From: a virus
Taxonomy: Duplodnaviria > Heunggongvirae > Uroviricota > Caudoviricetes
IMG/VR virus record: IMGVR_UViG_3300038393_003162
Location: 1 to 64,000 of that record
Length of the DNA stretch: 64,000 nt
Reading direction: 5' to 3' (one strand)
Below are positions 59,063-64,000 of the stretch, one piece after another (position 1 is the stretch's first letter; every line of letters begins with the position of its first letter). A program made the translations under genes and the position numbers. Under the pieces are notes generated by a model. That model saw only the letters and a program-made list of their open reading frames with translations. It searched no databases and had not been told where the DNA came from.

Positions 59063-59320
59063 CGCGACGTCCTTGTTTCAAAGGGACTCCGAATCGCTAC
59101 TGAGAACGATTCGGAGTCCCTTTTGGTCGACCATGCGGGCGAAGATGGAACTAGCTGCTGTACATAGGAAGAAGAGAACCTTGAATATACCAAAACTTAG
59201 TTCCATCGGCATATTCAACAGCAGGACCATCCTCGCGGTGAAGCTTACCATCTATATACCAAAACTTAGTTCCATCGGCACATTCGATGGCGGGACCATC
59301 CTCGCGATGGAGTTGCCTAT

Positions 59321-61150
59321 TCAGCCACCACCTCTTGGTGCCATTGGCATCTGTAGGCAAACCGGCTGCTCCTTCTCGGGCGACTTGGGCTTGATGACAT
59401 CGGCTTCTGTGACTTGCTTGTTGTTCAGCCACCATTCCTTGCGACCATTGACATATTCGATGGCGGGACCATCCTCGCGATGGAATTGTCCGTTCAGATA
59501 CCAAGCTTTGTAACCATTAGCATATTCAACAGCAGGACCATCCTCGCGGTGAAGCTTACCATCTATATACCACCTCTTGGTGCCATCGGCACATTCGATG
59601 GCAGGTCCATCAGTCCGGTGGCGTTTGCCATTCTGATACCAATATTTCCCGCCATAAACCTTCTCGATGGCAGGTCCATCGGTGCGATGACGTTCTCCAT
59701 TCACCCACCATTCTTGGTCTCCGTTACGGTCTTCCACAGCGGGACCATCTTCGCGATGGAGTTGTCCGTTCAGATACCATTGCTTGAAACCATGGGCATA
59801 TTCGATGGCAGGACCATCTTCGCGATGGAGTTGTCCGTTCAGATACCATTCCTTGCCTCCATCGTAATGCTCGATGGCGGGACCATCCTCGCGATGACGT
59901 TGTCCATTCAGATACCACCTCTTGGTGCCATCGGCATCTGTTTCGCAGACGGGCTGCTCCTTCTCGGGCGACTTGGGCTTGATGACATCGGCTTCTGTGA
60001 CTTGCTTGCCGTTCAACCGCCATTCCTTGTGACCACCAGCCCATTCGATAGCGGGACCATCCTCGCGATGGAGTTGTCCGTTCCGATACCATTTCTTGTG
60101 ACCACCAACCCATTCAACGGCAGGACCATCTTCTCTATGGCGTTGTCCGTTCAGATACCAGCATTTATCGCCATTGACATGTTCGATGGCTGGACCATCC
60201 TCGCGATGGAGTTGTCCGTTCTGATGCCATTCCTTGCGACCATTGGCACATTCGATGGCTGGACCATCTTCTCTATGAAGTTGTCCATTCAGATACCACC
60301 TCTTGGTGCCAATGGCATCTGTTTCGCAGACCGGCTGTTCCGTGGGAGATGATGGAGCAACCTTCAGGTACTTCTGATACTTGGTCGCAATCTTCTGCCA
60401 CATATCCATATTCAGATGAAGCGAGGGGATCATAAACCCATTCAAATCATCCTCGCTCATCACTTTTTCGACTGATTCTTTCATCTCATCGAAAATGAAA
60501 TCGATGACCTGCGATACCTCCTTGAGCGATTTCAAATGTTTCATCAGGATCGAGAGCCGAGCCGCTGACGAGGTCCCGATCGTGGTCTCGTCCTGAGCGG
60601 TCATGTTCTCCAGGGCGATTCGCACCGCTTCCCGAGAGACCGATTTCTGGACCTTGTTCTCTGGCTTCGCTTCCGTCAGATTCTTAATCTGGTCGCGGTA
60701 AACGTTGGTCTGAAACACATTCATGAGTTGCGTGAACTCGAAGAATTTCTTGACCAACTCTGCATCCGACTTGTGTAAGTCGTAGAACTCGTGGACCTGC
60801 GGCGAGGATGCCCCGTGTTCCATAGCGAGCAGGGCGAACTGGAACGGGATATCCTCCTTCGTCGTTGCGATCTTCTTGATCAACGAGGGGTCGACATCGA
60901 CCGATTCCTTGTCGCCCTCGTAAGGAATCACATCGGAAACATATAAACCAAACTTATCCTCAAACCCAAACACCTTGAAACTAATGAAGTTCCAGGCGGA
61001 AATGGTGTCCACCTTGACGACATCCCCGGCTCGCAAAGTGAACAATGTGCTCGGGTGTGAACCGGGTTTGGCATACGAATGCTCTTTCCAGGCGACATCG
61101 GGTCGAACTTGGACCTTGTCGCCAACCTTGATCTGCTTCGACGAAGCCAT
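59321..61150 (-). CDS. HREDGPA-repeat protein with unrelated N-terminal domains; frameshifted near the 3' end
   Basis: about 10 repeats in two blocks, each opened by QPVCETDA; repeats continue in another frame to 59151. Confidence 0.8.
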   Translation of the reverse strand: MASSKQIKVGDKVQVRPDVAWKEHSYAKPGSHPSTLFTLRAGDVVKVDTISAWNFISFKVFGFEDKFGLYVSDVIPYEGDKESVDVDPSLIKKIATTKEDIPFQFALLAMEHGASSPQVHEFYDLHKSDAELVKKFFEFTQLMNVFQTNVYRDQIKNLTEAKPENKVQKSVSREAVRIALENMTAQDETTIGTSSAARLSILMKHLKSLKEVSQVIDFIFDEMKESVEKVMSEDDLNGFMIPSLHLNMDMWQKIATKYQKYLKVAPSSPTEQPVCETDAIGTKRWYLNGQLHREDGPAIECANGRKEWHQNGQLHREDGPAIEHVNGDKCWYLNGQRHREDGPAVEWVGGHKKWYRNGQLHREDGPAIEWAGGHKEWRLNGKQVTEADVIKPKSPEKEQPVCETDADGTKRWYLNGQRHREDGPAIEHYDGGKEWYLNGQLHREDGPAIEYAHGFKQWYLNGQLHREDGPAVEDRNGDQEWWVNGERHRTDGPAIEKVYGGKYWYQNGKRHRTDGPAIECADGTKRWYIDGKLHREDGPAVEYANGYKAWYLNGQFHREDGPAIEYVNGRKEWWLNNKQVTEADVIKPKSPEKEQPVCLQMPMAPRGGG

Positions 61151-61237
61151 GGCAATGTTCCTTGTTCTGGTCGCAAGAACGACCTGTATTTCGTGGAATG
61201 TCAGTTCTAATCAACAGTCGAACAGATGGTGGTGATG

Positions 61238-61924
61238 TTATTGTTTAGGAGCAAGTTCAACCTGAACGAGATCGCCATTCAGCCACCATTCTTTGGTGCC
61301 GTTTTCGCGTTCTATGGCTGGACCATCTACTCGATGGTATCTGTCATTTAGGCTCCACGCTTTATAGCCGTCGGCGTGTACGACGGCTGGTCCATCTTCG
61401 CGATGACGCCTGCCATTCAACCACCATTCTTTGCTGCCATCGGCATGCTCAATGGCAGGTCCATCTTCGCGATGCTTTTTGCCATCCTGATACCAATATT
61501 TGGCTCCGCTGGGACATTCGATGGCGGGTCCGTCTGCTCGATGAAACTCATCAGCTTGATACCATTCTTTGATACCATCAGCCCGTTCGATGGCTGGACC
61601 GTCTTCTCGGTGGAGCTTGCCGTTTTGATACCATCTCCTCGTACCATCTGGCTCGATGATTGCCGGTCCATCGTCACGGTGAAGCTCACCATCCTTCAGC
61701 CACTTCATCTTGCCCTTGAGGGTCTTGATGTAGATGATCTGTTGGATCATATCGATGACCTGGATCTCGCCGACTCCCTTGAGAGTCATCAATGGCGTTG
61801 AGAGCAAGGGAGCCATGGGAACCACCGAGGCACCAGCAATCGCCACAACCGGAGTGGTCGCGACTGCACCGCCCGCGATAGTCGCCTTCAGCATCTCCCG
61901 ACGATTGAGATTGGAATCAGTCAT
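61238..61924 (-). CDS. HREDGPA-repeat protein with Tat-like signal
   Basis: LNRREMLK followed by a hydrophobic stretch; GVGEIQVID block shared with the 2-5 kb paralogs; 6 repeats. Confidence 0.85.
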   Translation of the reverse strand: MTDSNLNRREMLKATIAGGAVATTPVVAIAGASVVPMAPLLSTPLMTLKGVGEIQVIDMIQQIIYIKTLKGKMKWLKDGELHRDDGPAIIEPDGTRRWYQNGKLHREDGPAIERADGIKEWYQADEFHRADGPAIECPSGAKYWYQDGKKHREDGPAIEHADGSKEWWLNGRRHREDGPAVVHADGYKAWSLNDRYHRVDGPAIERENGTKEWWLNGDLVQVELAPKQ

Positions 61925-61929
61925 TGAAC

Positions 61930-62133
61930 TTATCCTTCTTCAACGGCATCATACCGATCGAAAGTCATCCGCATGAGGACATCGACGAGGAGCAAGGGCA
62001 GCCACCACAGGACCAACGCGACGTTGAAGTAGCCGCCCAAGATCACCGACCAATCTTCCAGCCACTTAGCGCCCTCGAAGATGCCGTGGCAGGCAACACC
62101 AATCAGCAGGTAGATGACGACCACAGAGATCAT
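61930..62133 (-). CDS. small membrane protein
   Basis: MISVVVIYLLIG... after AGGA; start approximate. Confidence 0.5.
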   Translation of the reverse strand: MISVVVIYLLIGVACHGIFEGAKWLEDWSVILGGYFNVALVLWWLPLLLVDVLMRMTFDRYDAVEEG

Positions 62134-62599
62134 TCCTGATGCCCTCGACACGCGAAGAATTCGACGCAACCCAAGTAACAGAAGAGTCCGGCGTAGTAGA
62201 CAAGAACGAAAGCTAACAAGGTAGGCTTTAGCATCTGAAAATCCTTTCTCAGTATAGACCGTCGCCTTTATGGGTAATTCTAGGTCTACGCCACGAATTT
62301 CCAAATCAAGGTAGAGTCTTAAGCTGTCCTAGCAGTGTGTTTCGTATTACCCACCAGGTCGTGAGGTTACACGTTGCCTGGATTTAAATTATCACACATC
62401 TAGAATGCTGGTCCGACGTAAACCAGTGGGCACAGCTATCTGCAAGAATATGCTTGCATTATTCAGAAGCACGCTTAAAGACCACATCGACAAAGCGTCA
62501 GCAATAATTTATTTAATTGTCTATTACGAGAATTTTTATGGTGGTCGTTTTTCGCTTACTGAGTTAGACCTACAAACTCCATAAAGAAGTCTGAGGAGG

Positions 62600-62628
62600 A
62601 ATTTACCATATTAAGCAATTGATGTCAA
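62600..62628 (-). promoter_or_regulatory. sigma70-type promoter
   Basis: TTGACA-17 bp-TAAATT with extended TG. Confidence 0.6.
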
Positions 62629-62655
62629 GGTAACATTGAGTCTTTTATAGTGATA

Positions 62656-62725
62656 GTAAGTCCTGTTTAGGCAGGCAATTGGTTGGATAGGAAGCCCCGA
62701 CCCTAAAGGGTCGGGGCTAGTTCAC
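62656..62725 (+). mobile_element. IS200/IS605-family right-end (TnpB omegaRNA 3'-end-like) remnant
   Basis: GTAAGTCC...AGGCA...GGAAGCCCCGACCCTAAAGGGTCGGGGCTAGTTCAC; no tnpA or tnpB ORF adjacent. Confidence 0.6.
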
Positions 62726-62748
62726 AAGGCAGGAATTTCAGACTCAGG

Positions 62749-63627
62749 TCATCGGACCGGGACTGCCGTCTCGCGTGTCGCAATTGCCGCGTAGCACCGC
62801 TTGAGTCGATCGGCTTCGATCCGCATGTACTCGTTCCAGTCCGTCTCGGGTTCCCAAGCCTGCTGGAACGACGGGATGTGACCTGGCTGGTAGTGGCTCG
62901 AAATGTCCTTGAGCCGATGGAACAGCCTTCGCTGCTCATTGATGTCCGTCTGGTCGGGACGGTCTTCCGGGTCTAAAGAAGTCTCGAACAGGTATTGGAT
63001 GTGCCTCAAGGACCCCATCCAGACTGCCAACTGCTGGTGTTGGAGTTCGCGAGGCATATCCTTGTAGCAGGGGAAGACGCGGTCGATCTCAGCCGACAGG
63101 TAGCGAAGCCTTCCTCTCAGCCCCAGCGCCAGTTCCACGTCCTGGTCGCTCTCCTCGGTCAGCAATTCCGAATCGAGGTCCAGCCGTCTGGCTTGCTCCA
63201 CCAGAGCCTCGTAGGCGACCCTCGAAGCCTTGTCTTCCTTCCTCGCCTCAGCCAGCGCCTTGCTGATCTCGTCGTACCGCGCCCGTGTCGCCTCTTCCTT
63301 GGCGTCCACTTCCATTTTGGAACTCACCACCAAGGCTTCGGCTTGCTCCCGTTCCTTCGCGGAGAGATCCTTGCGGAACTTCGCCAAATCCTTGACCATC
63401 CGTTCCAGGTTGGTTCGATCCTTATCGCACTCCTCGATCTGCGACTTGAGGACGCTCGCCTCTTGGTCGAAGCAGGTCTTGGCTTTTCGGAGGTTTGAAA
63501 TCGCCCTGGCGCGTCGGTCCTTGGCATCGGCAAGATCCTGTTCGATCTTGCCGCCCTTGGTCTTGGCTTCTGCCTTGCGGACGAGTTGAGCCAACTTGGA
63601 CATGGAGTTGAGTTGATCGAGAGACAT
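62749..63627 (-). CDS. coiled-coil hypothetical protein
   Basis: E/K/A/R-rich helical ORF; AGGA RBS. Confidence 0.7.
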   Translation of the reverse strand: MSLDQLNSMSKLAQLVRKAEAKTKGGKIEQDLADAKDRRARAISNLRKAKTCFDQEASVLKSQIEECDKDRTNLERMVKDLAKFRKDLSAKEREQAEALVVSSKMEVDAKEEATRARYDEISKALAEARKEDKASRVAYEALVEQARRLDLDSELLTEESDQDVELALGLRGRLRYLSAEIDRVFPCYKDMPRELQHQQLAVWMGSLRHIQYLFETSLDPEDRPDQTDINEQRRLFHRLKDISSHYQPGHIPSFQQAWEPETDWNEYMRIEADRLKRCYAAIATRETAVPVR

Positions 63628-64000
63628 TCCTAGCTGTCCTTTTGCTATTTTGTGCCGTCGCGGCACGAAGTTAAGCAGAGCAGAAGTTAGAACGACAACT
63701 AATAAAAGAAACCCGTTGAAAAACCTTCAAATGTTTTCAACGGGTTTCTGAGAGGGCATCAGACTCTTCGGACATCGAGCAAGGGGTGATCCGGAAAGGT
63801 CAGATCACTTCTTGCTCTTTTCCTTCGCGTCAGGATCGAATTCGTGGGGCGCGGCGGTGGTTTTTGTCTCAGGACCGGCATGGGGGAAGTCGCCGTCCCT
63901 CGTTTCAGGAGTCGCCACCTTCTTCTCGGGGATGTCCATATTCTGAGCCGCCGCCATGACGACGTGTTTCGCATCGGCGCTGAGGTTGTTGCGTTCGCCG

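Noticed and set aside
1966-61924. Diversity-generating retroelement acting on the HREDGPA repeats
   Set aside because: No reverse transcriptase in the window, and the shared 155-bp segment appears identical rather than differing only at adenines.
1-64000. Alternative genetic code (stop-codon recoding)
   Set aside because: Long genes (cas12, the methylases) are intact under the standard code, and all three stop codons terminate tightly packed genes.

Overview
This window looks like part of a large (probably jumbo) bacteriophage genome. It has dense small hypothetical ORFs and no host housekeeping or virion structural genes that I recognise. Layout: (1) 1-5.7 kb, plus-strand paralog clusters, including three proteins with twin-arginine signals and HREDGPA repeats. 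(2) 6.6-41 kb, a minus-strand array of about 60 one-gene units. Nearly every unit is headed by the same contiguous 17-bp motif (minus strand roughly WAACCGGAYRYRCCCTYA, about 58 copies counted by eye) and separated by terminators or long palindromes ending in ACAAAAT. The array carries DUF488, an ArdA-like gene, a C5 methyltransferase, ParB-like, AT-hook and permuted GHKL genes, a ~770-nt structured non-coding region containing a solitary CRISPR repeat, and a tRNA-Ile(UAU) with a 71-nt D-loop insertion. (3) 42.3-46.2 kb, a compact 924-aa Cas12b/Cas12h-related effector with a 9-repeat array, two solitary degenerate repeats and no cas1/cas2. (4) 46.8-56.1 kb, a tandem family sharing a C-terminal signature. 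(5) A Dam-like methylase and a second, orphan 13-repeat array whose leader has the same motifs at the same offsets as the first. (6) More HREDGPA proteins and an IS200/IS605-type end remnant. All calls come from reading the sequence; no database search was run.
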